IMG/VR virus record: IMGVR_UViG_3300033076_000818
Span: 1-43,883 of that record
Direction: 5' to 3' (one strand)
From: a virus
Taxonomy: Duplodnaviria; Caudoviricetes
DNA length: 43,883 nucleotides
This document shows positions 26,601-34,165 of this stretch, piece by piece. A model generated the notes under the pieces. It worked only from the letters and a program-made list of their open reading frames with translations. It made no database searches and was not told the origin of the DNA. The translations under genes were made by a program, and so were the position numbers. Every line of letters begins with the position of its first letter. Within the stretch, counting starts at the first letter, position 1.

Positions 26601-29600
26601 CGAGAAGAGCGCCGACTACCGGCGCCTCATGCCGGGTCTGTTCAGCAAGAAGGGGATGAACTGGGAGGAGTTGGCGCAGGCGCTGGAGGCCGACGGATTC
26701 GGCCCGGAGCGTCCGGGGCGCCGCGACGCCGACTCTGTGCAGAGCGCCGATTACTCGTGGCTCTACGAGGCGGTGGACGACGCTGCCGGCGGGCTCAACA
26801 CCTACCGGCGCGAGGACGCCGCGAAGATGCAGGCCGAGGGGCCGCAGTCGGATGAGTTGACGCAGGCGAGGGAGGAGGCGCGGAAGGCATACCGTCGGCT
26901 GGTGGCGATCCGCGTCGTCCAGGCCGAGGGCGGTGTATCCCCCGACGTTGTCGGCGAGATGTTCGACATGAGCGGCGAAGCCATGGTGCGCGAGATGGCT
27001 TCGGCGCGTTCGCTGGCTGACGAGATCAAGGCGGTGGTCGACGACCGCATGGATAGGGAGGTGGGATTGACCGACCCGAAGCGGCTGCGGGCGGCGCTGG
27101 CCGAGGCGCTGCATGGGCGGGCGCAGGCGAAGATGATCGCCACCGAACTGCGCCACCTCCTCAAGACTACGCAGAGCACCGCGTCGATGATCGCGGCGGC
27201 CAAGGAAGCGGCACGGCGCAAGCTGCTGACGATGGAGGTAGGCCGGATCAGCCCGCGCCAGTTCGTGCAGGCCGAAGCCCGTGCGGCCAAGCAGGCGCGC
27301 GAGGCGCTGGCGTCCGGTGACGTGCAGGAGGCCATCGAGGCGCAGCGCCGCTACCTGTTGCAGCACGAGCTGACGCGGCAGGCGCTCGACATCGAGAAGG
27401 AGGTCGACAAGTTCGTCGAGGCCGTCGACGATCGCTACTTCGCCGACGACGAGAAAGTCATCAAGGGCCGGAACCTCGACATCGTGCAGGCGGCGCGGTC
27501 GATCCTTGGCGAGCACGGGCTTGCGTCGGGTCGACGCTACGAGAAGGCGCTGGCGTACCTCACCGTCCTCAAGGAGCAGAACCCCGAGCTGCACGCCGAG
27601 CTTGAGGGATTGGTCGCCGCTGCCACGATCGACGCCAAGGACTACCGCAGCACGACGCTGGAGCAGTGGCGCGTCATGGTGAACGCTGTCGAGTCGCTGT
27701 GGGACCGCGCCAAGCGTGCGCAGGAGATCGAGGTCAACGGCCAGCGCATCAGCAAGGAGATCGCGGTGCAGGAGTTGGTGGCCGCTGCACAGAAGCGGTA
27801 CGGCGAGGCCAAGCCGCCGAGCCCGACGACTGACGCTGCGCGCAAGGCCGCCAAGTGGTCGACGGGTGCCGCCATGCTGAAGCGGGTCGAGCACTTCACC
27901 GAATGGCTGGACGGCGGAACCGAAGGGCCGTGGACGCGCTACGTGTTCCGTCCGATGCGCAAGCGGTTCGACGCCTACATGGCGAGCCGGGAGAAGCGCA
28001 TCAAGGCGCTCCGGGACATCATCAAGGGCCTCGACCTCCCAGCCGAGAAGATCGCGGCCCCTGAGCTGGGCACGGTCGAGTTCAAGAACACGGCCGAGCT
28101 GTTGGGCGCCATGCTGCACATGGGCAACGCCAGCAACCTGCAGAAGCTGCTGGGCGGCTACGGGTGGGGCGCGCGGCTGGCCGACGGTTCGGTTGATACG
28201 TCCGGCTGGTGGCGCTTCATGGCCCGCGAGATGGGGCCGAACGGGCGCATCAAGAAGGAGCACGTCGACGCGCTGCAGGCCATGTGGGATCTGATGGAGG
28301 ACCTCAAGGGCGAGGCCCAACAGGTCAACCGCGCGCTCTACGGCACCTACTTCGAGGAGATCGAGGCGCAGAGCTTTGCGACGCCGTGGGGCCGCTACAA
28401 GGGCGGATACGCGCCCGCGAAGCCCGACCCGACGCTCAACCCCGACCTCGGCGTGCGCGAGGGCTTGGAGGCGATCCAGGACGCCGAACGCAACTTCCGC
28501 GAGTCGATGCCGTCGGCCGGCCGTGGCTTCGCCAAGACGCGCAACCAGTCGACGCGCCCGCTGCTGCTGGACGTCCGGCTTGTGGGCGGGCATGTCGACG
28601 AGGTGCTGCGGTTCGTCCATCTGCAGCCGTCGCTTCGGGACGTGGCGAGCCTCCTGCGCAACCGCGAGCTGGCCGGCTACCTGAACAGCGTCGACAAGAC
28701 GGCGATCCAGGACGTGCTTGTGCCGTGGCTGGAGCGCACGGCCGCGAACCGCACGACGAAGCGGGGCGCGTGGTCGGGCACCGACACGTTGCTCAACTGG
28801 CTCAAGACCACGTCGGGCCTTGCCGCCATGTTCGGCAGCATCACGAACTCGCTCCAGCAGGTGACCGGCCTGAGCAACGCCGCTGTCTACGTGCCGTGGC
28901 GCCACCTCCGCGCGGCGATGTGGGACGGCTGGACCAACAGCACGGCCGAGCGCGTGGCGTCGCTGTCGACGTTCATGGACAGCCGGCTGAACAGCCAGGT
29001 CGGCCAGCTGCAGGACGACATCGACTTGGCGCTGCAGCCGTCGCGGTGGGCTCAGGTCCGCGACTGGACGAACCGCAACGGCTACTTCCTGCAGCGCATG
29101 GTGCAGAACCGCGTCGATCCCATAGTGTGGATGGCCGCGTTCAACCACAGCCTGGAGCAGTCCGGCGCCAACGAGACGGATGCCGCAGCGGTGGCCAAGG
29201 CCGTCGACCACGCCGACAGCGTCGTGCGCAAGTCGCAGGGCAGCCAGTCCGCCATCGACGTGGCCAAGTACGAGGTGGGGACGCCGCTGGTACGCGTGCT
29301 GACGCAGTTCTCAGGCTACTTCAACACCGTGCTCAACCAGATCGCCAGCCGGCAGGGTGTCGGCGCCAAGACGGTCGCGGCGGCGCATGCGCTCATCCTG
29401 CCGACCATCGTGGCGGGCGCGATCGCGGCGTCGCTGAACGGGCGCGAGGACATCGAGGACAAGGACGGCGACGGCTACACCGACGAGTACTTGGCTTGGT
29501 TCTTCGGCCAGCAGGCGCGCGCTGGTGCTTCGCTGGTGCCGGTGCTGGGGCCGAACGCGATGCGCTTCCTCGGTTCGACTGGCGTGATCCCAGGCGTCGA

Positions 29601-29805
29601 GAACCCCGGCAACCGCATCGCGCAGGCGCCGGCCTTCTCCATGCTGGAATCGGTCCTGCGCACGGCTGCGGCGCTGCCGAAGCTGGCATCGGGCGATGCG
29701 ACGCCGCGTCAGGTGCGCGAGTTCTGGCGGGCACTGACGCTGTCGGGCGTGCCGGTGGCGCCGATCGGGACCGTGCTCACGATCGGGGCAGACGAGCGGA
29801 GGTAG
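23686..29805 (+). CDS. Large internal virion/DNA-transfer protein (gp16-like) with HExxH motif
   Basis: 2039 aa; hydrophobic Gly/Ala segment near N-terminus; ADPTSFMHESGHFF with downstream SETFAYSFEDY. Confidence 0.85.
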   Translation: MTDPTLSPLPPLSQEPTNPYVAPMLSELAVAQQQGPGSAQNPYVGSMLSELDTAAKERDQRFAASYRAAMRTDPAMFAEAKAIAKQMGEDVSPDAVLGNLKVAREVVKARAVRYEDLRQRSPILAEQLSKTDFVRIARDDLDNLETTESTFGWLKRNVQAGQAANMRGYIGTRKALGIATPQEEEALIALEQLQREANMDPGVSGNVAQTLGQMADTVPTAAAIGAAAATPMLALGPAAPVSASTTFTVASGAALFTQSAMIEGGNAYLDMIDNGYDHQTAASVALGVGLVNGSLELVGTKAVAKPFQAVFAREAVSALSKAMTRETAARAFGTFVRDYAKSLGAEVFTETAQEAVNIAAEDFARRISRPDKPEQTPGQVMDRLGEIFTKTAMSMGVLSVPGPALKYAADAIRAGQATQQARAFDEMAKLAGESQARKLDGESYGSTVKAMAEANGAPLIYVDAKALGDVLRQQDKAAVEAGNGRTKSAASQLDEKLPGLSEQIAEAERDGGDVVIRTDDWASKLAGTELDAILRPHMRFDPEGVSLAQAEEYRKSLADMQAGMQGEKGVGTEAERAFAESAAKVEAGYLEQIEATKTVDAKTARAQSRLLGAFVETQSQRLGITPEEFAKKYPLSIGVGVLTPDAQTALRQEGDKEPRAAYNPKDWTLMLFGGLKADPTSFMHESGHFFMHAMEEMAASNEVTRTEWAKALEAMGTTQEKWAAADQAQRRKISETFAYSFEDYLAQGEAPSAELRSLFSQFRVWMLRVYGTVRDALNVLFRKESGGADLPALSSELRGVFDRMLASQQAIDLAQAERGMASLFLDEKARKAAGITEEQWADMQDGDRMAREEAVAKLTAMSLRGLEYFENSRNKALRELGSQARKKRQEFRAEAEKEVAARPVYRAIRLLRDGVYVAQDGSTETVPDGERVRLDAKAVRRILGVEEQAPKFQTLVARIVEMGGINPKGYPGEKSADYRRLMPGLFSKKGMNWEELAQALEADGFGPERPGRRDADSVQSADYSWLYEAVDDAAGGLNTYRREDAAKMQAEGPQSDELTQAREEARKAYRRLVAIRVVQAEGGVSPDVVGEMFDMSGEAMVREMASARSLADEIKAVVDDRMDREVGLTDPKRLRAALAEALHGRAQAKMIATELRHLLKTTQSTASMIAAAKEAARRKLLTMEVGRISPRQFVQAEARAAKQAREALASGDVQEAIEAQRRYLLQHELTRQALDIEKEVDKFVEAVDDRYFADDEKVIKGRNLDIVQAARSILGEHGLASGRRYEKALAYLTVLKEQNPELHAELEGLVAAATIDAKDYRSTTLEQWRVMVNAVESLWDRAKRAQEIEVNGQRISKEIAVQELVAAAQKRYGEAKPPSPTTDAARKAAKWSTGAAMLKRVEHFTEWLDGGTEGPWTRYVFRPMRKRFDAYMASREKRIKALRDIIKGLDLPAEKIAAPELGTVEFKNTAELLGAMLHMGNASNLQKLLGGYGWGARLADGSVDTSGWWRFMAREMGPNGRIKKEHVDALQAMWDLMEDLKGEAQQVNRALYGTYFEEIEAQSFATPWGRYKGGYAPAKPDPTLNPDLGVREGLEAIQDAERNFRESMPSAGRGFAKTRNQSTRPLLLDVRLVGGHVDEVLRFVHLQPSLRDVASLLRNRELAGYLNSVDKTAIQDVLVPWLERTAANRTTKRGAWSGTDTLLNWLKTTSGLAAMFGSITNSLQQVTGLSNAAVYVPWRHLRAAMWDGWTNSTAERVASLSTFMDSRLNSQVGQLQDDIDLALQPSRWAQVRDWTNRNGYFLQRMVQNRVDPIVWMAAFNHSLEQSGANETDAAAVAKAVDHADSVVRKSQGSQSAIDVAKYEVGTPLVRVLTQFSGYFNTVLNQIASRQGVGAKTVAAAHALILPTIVAGAIAASLNGREDIEDKDGDGYTDEYLAWFFGQQARAGASLVPVLGPNAMRFLGSTGVIPGVENPGNRIAQAPAFSMLESVLRTAAALPKLASGDATPRQVREFWRALTLSGVPVAPIGTVLTIGADERR

Positions 29806-30190
29806 CCGCTCCAATCGGGATCACCAGCGAATCCGGCAAGCGGTACATGGCGCCAGTCAGGGGGTCTACCAGCAGCATCCCCACGAGTCCGGGGAAAAGC
29901 AGGTTGCCCCAGTACCAGCCGTTCAGCTGGCCGCCGATCTCGGTCTCGCTAATCTGTCCCGTGTCGCTGGTGGCTCTGACGCGGTAGCGCGCGGCGGCGA
30001 ACCAGCCGTCGCCCGACTGCAGGTTGACGACGAACGGCGTGCGCTGGCGATGGACGCAGACGCCGTTGTCGTCGAACACCTCGACGCTTGCGTTCGACGG
30101 GTGCGCCGAGATGGACACGGGCCATTCGCTCCTGCTGACGATGCTGGCGCAGGAGGGGAGGATGGCGAGAAGTGGGAGGATCGCTTTCAT
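29777..30190 (-). CDS. PEGA-like domain lipoprotein
   Basis: Lipobox LPSC, CASIVS, NGWYWGNLLF...VDPLTGAMYRL family pattern. Confidence 0.8.
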   Translation of the reverse strand: MKAILPLLAILPSCASIVSRSEWPVSISAHPSNASVEVFDDNGVCVHRQRTPFVVNLQSGDGWFAAARYRVRATSDTGQISETEIGGQLNGWYWGNLLFPGLVGMLLVDPLTGAMYRLPDSLVIPIGAATSARLPRS

Positions 30191-30456
30191 GGGTACACCT
30201 GCGCCGACTTGTCCTGGCTCTGCCCGCTAGCGTCGACAACATCAACGGATGACGCGTCAGCTGGCACGTACACTGGTACGCACGGGTCATCCTTGGTCAC
30301 CTCGGTCTTGTAACTGTCGTCAGTGCCACCGAAGGAGATTTCCAGGACCGCCGGTGAGGTCGCCCCCGTGCTCTCGAAGTCGTAGCAAACGGTCACCCAA
30401 CACGGCACGGAGTGGATCGGGTTCGGCGAGATGGTGATAAGTTGCAGTAGAGTCAT
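30187..30456 (-). CDS. Small acidic beta-rich protein
   Basis: 89 aa, coordinates overlap both neighbours by 4 bp. Confidence 0.6.
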   Translation of the reverse strand: MTLLQLITISPNPIHSVPCWVTVCYDFESTGATSPAVLEISFGGTDDSYKTEVTKDDPCVPVYVPADASSVDVVDASGQSQDKSAQVYP

Positions 30457-30737
30457 CTAGTTGCTTTGTGAATGGCTTCGATAGCAATGGCCCCATCTGG
30501 CCCAGCATCGCGAAGGGCTTGGATGGCTTCGATGATGCGAACCCGCAGGGAAGCACAGGCCATGCTTGGGTCGGTGTGCTTCTGCCTTGCCAACCGCAGC
30601 GCCTCCTCGAACGTGTACTGGCTGACGCGGTGGCCGCCGTAGGCGCCGTGGCAAGTCCAAGCGATGCCGACGATGCACACGCACAGCACTGCGAGGCGGC
30701 GAGCGGTCAGGAATTGAGAGGTCCGGCTGACTTCCAT
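30453..30737 (-). CDS. Single-TM membrane protein
   Basis: TM LAVLCVCIVGIAWTC; starts 8 bp after repressor stop. Confidence 0.65.
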   Translation of the reverse strand: MEVSRTSQFLTARRLAVLCVCIVGIAWTCHGAYGGHRVSQYTFEEALRLARQKHTDPSMACASLRVRIIEAIQALRDAGPDGAIAIEAIHKATR

Positions 30738-30745
30738 CGGGGGGT

Positions 30746-31165
30746 CTACTCCTTCTTGCGACGCCAGCGTTCGGGCAGCGTCCTGTCGATCTCAGCATAC
30801 TGCTGCGGCGTGCAGAGCAAGTGCCGCTCAGGAACGACAGCGTACCACGCCTGCCCCTTCCCGATCTTCTTGCCGCTACGGATCTGTTCCACTGTGTCGA
30901 GGTCGACGAGGAACATTCCAGAAATCGGACGGTTCTCGACGGCCGGGTCGCCGCACAGGTGGCCCACGGTCGTCCCGAGTGCAGCGGCCAGACGGCGCAG
31001 GCGCTCGATGGTGTCGTCAAGCGAACCCGACTCCCAGTCGCTCAGCGTGCGCTGCGGGATCTTGGCGGGCTCAGCGACTTGCTGCTGACTCCAGCGGAGA
31101 GCCTCGCGGTGGGCGCGGATCGACTCGGACAGTGGTGGGCGTGCTTGTTCGAAAGAATCTTGCAT
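30746..31165 (-). CDS. CI-like XRE HTH repressor (139 aa, no S24 peptidase domain evident)
   Basis: IRAHREALRWSQQQVAEPAKIPQRTLSDWESG; AGGAG RBS before ATG 31165; divergent from early operon. Confidence 0.85.
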   Translation of the reverse strand: MQDSFEQARPPLSESIRAHREALRWSQQQVAEPAKIPQRTLSDWESGSLDDTIERLRRLAAALGTTVGHLCGDPAVENRPISGMFLVDLDTVEQIRSGKKIGKGQAWYAVVPERHLLCTPQQYAEIDRTLPERWRRKKE

Positions 31166-31234
31166 GGGCTCCTGCGTCGCGCTAGAACCCGCCCAGCCAC
31201 ACCTTGAGGACCGCATGCAGAACTCAACCGGAAA

Positions 31235-31257
31235 CCGTCTTGACGGGTCACTCCGTC
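31235..31257. promoter_or_regulatory. Operator-like CCGTC/GACGG half-sites overlapping a TTGACG box
   Basis: CCGTC-TT-GACGG-GTCACT-CCGTC in the divergent intergenic region; no well-spaced -10 found. Confidence 0.4.
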
Positions 31258-31479
31258 GGGACACTCAGCGCAGCGAACCTCGCGATGCCTTGGGCAGGAT
31301 CGCGACGCATCGGCACCCTCGGTGTGGCAATCGAGACGTCGCCGCGCTGATTCGCCGCCCCGTCACCCAGGCACGGGGCGGCACCTTTCTCTTCCCCTCG
31401 GGAACATTCGCGATCCACGGCGCGATTTCCCTGCCCGTCGCCCGCTCTGACCAGCACGAAGGCGACGGGAACCTATTCC

Positions 31480-31554
31480 GTTCGGGTAGCTCAACGGTAG
31501 AGCGTCGGTTTCCAAAACCGGAAGATGTGGGTTCGACTCCCACCCCGTTCGCCA
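31480..31554 (+). tRNA. trnW: tRNA-Trp (CCA) with two U-U mismatches in acceptor stem
   Basis: D arm GCTC-AACGGTA-GAGC, anticodon arm TCGGT-TTCCAAA-ACCGG, T arm GTGGG-TTCGACT-CCCAC, 3' GCCA. Confidence 0.85.
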
Positions 31555-31718
31555 AGTCCGATTGGGCACCCGTTACGGACTCCAAGTGGAACGCGGTGTC
31601 GGTGAGCGAGGGGCGCGCGGCCGTGACGGCGGGCCCCAACTTCTACGGCCCGTCCATCGCGTGGGATCGTTCGTCCAAGCCGGGCGGTCTATGGGGCGGT
31701 GGGCGGGCCAACTTCTTC

Positions 31719-31794
31719 GCCCTGGTAGCTCAAGCAGAGCGACCGGCCAGACGTGGCCGGGGTGATGCTGGTGCAAGTCCAGCACGGGGCGCCA
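31719..31794 (+). tRNA. Aberrant tRNA-like RNA, anticodon undefined
   Basis: 76 nt; TAGCTC-AAGCA-GAGC D arm, CCGGCCA-GACG-TGGCCGG arm, GCTGG-TGCAAGT-CCAGC T arm, 3' GCCA. Confidence 0.65.
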
Positions 31795-31892
31795 CCTTCT
31801 TCGACAGCCGCGCGTCGCATGGTGTGCAGGGAGATCCTGCGCCGGGCTATGGACTTCGGCCTCATGAAACACGGCGCGCGGCCGTCGTTCTC

Positions 31893-31968
31893 CTCGGTGT
31901 AGCTCAACTGGTAGAGCGCCCGCCTTTGAAGCGGACCGTTGCAGGTTCGAGCCCTGCCACCGACACCA
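31893..31968 (+). tRNA. trnQ: tRNA-Gln (TTG)
   Basis: GCTC-AACTGGTA-GAGC, CCCGC-CTTTGAA-GCGGA, GCAGG-TTCGAGC-CCTGC, 3' ACCA; C1-C72 unpaired. Confidence 0.88.
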
Positions 31969-32221
31969 TCTTCGCCCGGCGCGTGTCCGGGCACCCGATG
32001 CGCGCAGCTGGGAACGTCCGCAGGATGCCTCAGGGGCTGCGTGTCGGCGCCGACGTGAACGCGAACGAGGTGGGCGCGTCGGCTTCTTACACCGCGACCG
32101 CCTCGCCCTTGAATGGCGAAGGCTGCATCAGCTCCCGGAATCCCCTGAGTGCGAGAAGGCCGCGCGAGACGAGACGCGCAGGCCGGGGGTGGGGCGGTCG
32201 CATCTTCTTCGCGGGGTGCGC

Positions 32222-32546
32222 GTGAGCCTCCCCGAGTTCATCCGCGTCACGATGGCCGCGCGCCTGTCGCGCCTGTCGCTTGATCGACTGCGCACGCTCG
32301 CCGATCGCGGGCATTTCGCGCGCCGCTACATCCTCGGCGGCCTCGACTACTTCAAGGTCGACGAGTTCCTCGACGCTGTCGTGAAGCTGCCGGGTGATCC
32401 GAAGCGGCTGCGCGACGAGCGCGACTTCCTCGACTGGCAGGCGGCCGGTCGCCCAGTGCATCGGCGGCGTCCTGCAAGTCAGGGCTCGCGGCGCGGTCCA
32501 ACATCGCGAGAACTGCCGTCGCGCGCGCAAGGCGGTGTCGGCATGA
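32222..32546 (+). CDS. Excisionase/MerR-like HTH protein with apparent 1-nt frameshift near 32447
   Basis: IRVTMAARLSRLSLDRLRTLADRG; after 32447 GC-rich third positions move to the frame ending at TGA 32544-32546. Confidence 0.55.
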
Positions 32547-32674
32547 CCCGCAAGCCGAAGCCCATGGAGGCCGACCCGCTCTGCGCCACCGGCTGCACCA
32601 CCCCGCCGGCCTACGTCGTCGCGGGTGAGGCCATGTGCTGGGACTGCGCCGACGAGATGGGGGTGGCGTCGTGA
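32543..32674 (+). CDS. Small Zn-finger protein (43 aa)
   Basis: CATGC...CWDC; ATGA/GTGA coupling. Confidence 0.55.
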   Translation: MTRKPKPMEADPLCATGCTTPPAYVVAGEAMCWDCADEMGVAS

Positions 32675-33378
32675 TCCCCGAGCAACGCCTGCGCGAGATC
32701 GCAAGGATTGTCAGCCAAGGCCACACGGCGAGCCACGACTACAGCGAGTTCGTGTCCGCGTGCGCCGAGCTGCTGGCCGCCCGCGAGACCATCGAACGGC
32801 TGACCGAGGAGCGCGACAGCGAGGCGCGCGAGGCGGCTGGATACCAGAAGATCGCCAGGGAGGTGGTCAACGCAGAGGAGCCCGGCCTCTTGGTCCTGCT
32901 CGTCGATCAGCAAGGGGCGGAGGTTCGCATCTTCGGCCCTGACCGAGACGCCGAGGAGCGATTCGGCGAGGCGGTGGCTCGCTGGTGGAAGCTGCTGCAG
33001 GCGACCTCGGAGGGTCTGGAGCTGGAGGAGCGGACCAAGGAGCGCGACGCCGCCCGCGCCGAGGCCGAGAGGGTGACCGAGCAGCGCGACACGCTCCTCG
33101 CCGCCGTGATGGACGGCACCGCCGAGTTCCGCGAGTGGCAGGAGTGCGAAGCCGACGCGATCGAAGGGCAGGAAGCCGAGGTCGAGCGCGACCACAACCG
33201 GATGCTGGCGGCGCTGCACGCGCTTCGTCGCAAGGCCAAGCACGTCCAGAACGGGACGCGCTTCGTCGTCGAGGCGGGGTCTCTGCCGGCGCACCTGCAG
33301 CGTGCCGAGCAGCCGAAGCCGGTTGCGTGGCCGCATCTGCCGGAAGTGGGTCGTCCAGATTCCGAGGTGCAGCCGTGA
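32671..33378 (+). CDS. Coiled-coil early protein
   Basis: MIPEQRLREIA...ELLAARETIERLTEERD; GTGA start. Confidence 0.7.
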   Translation: MIPEQRLREIARIVSQGHTASHDYSEFVSACAELLAARETIERLTEERDSEAREAAGYQKIAREVVNAEEPGLLVLLVDQQGAEVRIFGPDRDAEERFGEAVARWWKLLQATSEGLELEERTKERDAARAEAERVTEQRDTLLAAVMDGTAEFREWQECEADAIEGQEAEVERDHNRMLAALHALRRKAKHVQNGTRFVVEAGSLPAHLQRAEQPKPVAWPHLPEVGRPDSEVQP

Positions 33379-33833
33379 TGGACGCCATCAAGGAGCGCAT
33401 CACCGAGTGGGCGAATCACGTCCGCGGCTACGACCAGATCGGCGCCGTGGCCAACGTCATCGAGAACGGCATCGAGAAGCACCACGCCAAGGGCCTGGAG
33501 TGCGAGGCGGCGTGGCGTGCGATCGAGGAAGCCGTAGTCGCCGAGATCGCCAAGGAGCTGCACCGCATGCGCGTCGTGTTGAGCGGCGAATGCCGCGGAT
33601 CGCGCGACTACGTGTTCCGTCGCGTCGCCGAGCTGCGCGGCAACTGCAGGCGGTGCGGCTACAGCAAGCGCGAGCACCACGCGCCGGACGGCGGGGGCTG
33701 CGCGGGTGACTTCGCCGAGCAACTACCGAAGGGGCCGGCGCACGGTCGCTTCACGGACGCTGAGCGCGTGGAGCTGGACGCATTGAAGCGCAAAGCGTTC
33801 GAAGACGCGAAGCCGGCCGGGGGTGGAGCATGA
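33378..33833 (+). CDS. Hypothetical protein
   Basis: GAGGTG RBS; CRRCGYSKREHH motif. Confidence 0.7.
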   Translation: MDAIKERITEWANHVRGYDQIGAVANVIENGIEKHHAKGLECEAAWRAIEEAVVAEIAKELHRMRVVLSGECRGSRDYVFRRVAELRGNCRRCGYSKREHHAPDGGGCAGDFAEQLPKGPAHGRFTDAERVELDALKRKAFEDAKPAGGGA

Positions 33834-33950
33834 CGCTGATCCACCATGCCGAGCTGACCGCGCGCAAGGTCCACCGCTGCGAGTGGTGCGAGACCGACCA
33901 TCGCCGAGAAACTAAAGAAGCTAGGGCACGACCTAGGAGGTGACGCATGA
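33830..33950 (+). pseudogene. Deletion remnant: ARKVHRCEWC N-terminus joined out of frame to a C-terminal tail
   Basis: Frame from ATG 33830 stops at 33943; another frame (TIAEKLKKLGHDLGGDA*) carries the ATGA coupling to 33947. Confidence 0.45.
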
Positions 33951-34165
33951 ACGAGAAGCACGACAAGGCCTGGAAGGACCTCGCGAAGCGAGCCCGCGCA
34001 GGCGAGCGTCACGTAGTTGGCGGCAAGGATGCAGAGCGCCTACTGCGCGCACTGCCAGACGAAGGCATGAGCGAAACCGAGGTGGACGCCATCGTGCGAG
34101 GGGTGGTCGCCGGGCGCGCCATGCGGGAGAAGCCCAAGGCTGAGGATGTCGGGGGTGGCGCATGA
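33947..34165 (+). CDS. Hypothetical protein
   Basis: AGGAGGTG RBS, ATGA coupling. Confidence 0.65.
   Translation: MNEKHDKAWKDLAKRARAGERHVVGGKDAERLLRALPDEGMSETEVDAIVRGVVAGRAMREKPKAEDVGGGA

Larger units (their letters stand above)
31265..32210 (+). ncRNA. Array of ~11 self-closed structured RNA units with pyrimidine linkers
   Basis: Each unit's 5' and 3' ends are complementary (many G-U pairs on + strand); linkers such as ACTTCTAC, AACTTCTTC, ACCTTCTTC, ATCTTC, CTTCTTAC, ATCTTCTTC. Confidence 0.75.

Noticed and set aside
23959-29211. 1750-aa minus-strand ORF and similar antisense ORFs
   Set aside because: Shadows of GC-rich plus-strand genes; no protein motifs.
4946-29805. Diversity-generating retroelement, suggested by BPP-1-like structural genes
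   Set aside because: No reverse transcriptase and no TR/VR repeat pair seen.
31461-31554. Alternative tRNA-Trp acceptor pairing with upstream GGCGACGGG
   Set aside because: That segment pairs perfectly with CCCGTCGCC at 31434-31442 in its own hairpin.
31803-31886. Hammerhead ribozyme (GAAAC after a hairpin)
   Set aside because: The CUGANGA core is absent.
31383-32210. CRISPR or mini-CRISPR reading of the linker-separated array
   Set aside because: Linkers are only 6-12 nt and variable, intervening units are 30-110 nt and self-folding, and no cas genes are present.
31164-32225. 353-aa plus-strand ORF spanning the RNA array
   Set aside because: Overlaps clear tRNAs, has low-complexity Arg/Gly/Ala composition and no RBS; long stop-free frames are common at this GC content.
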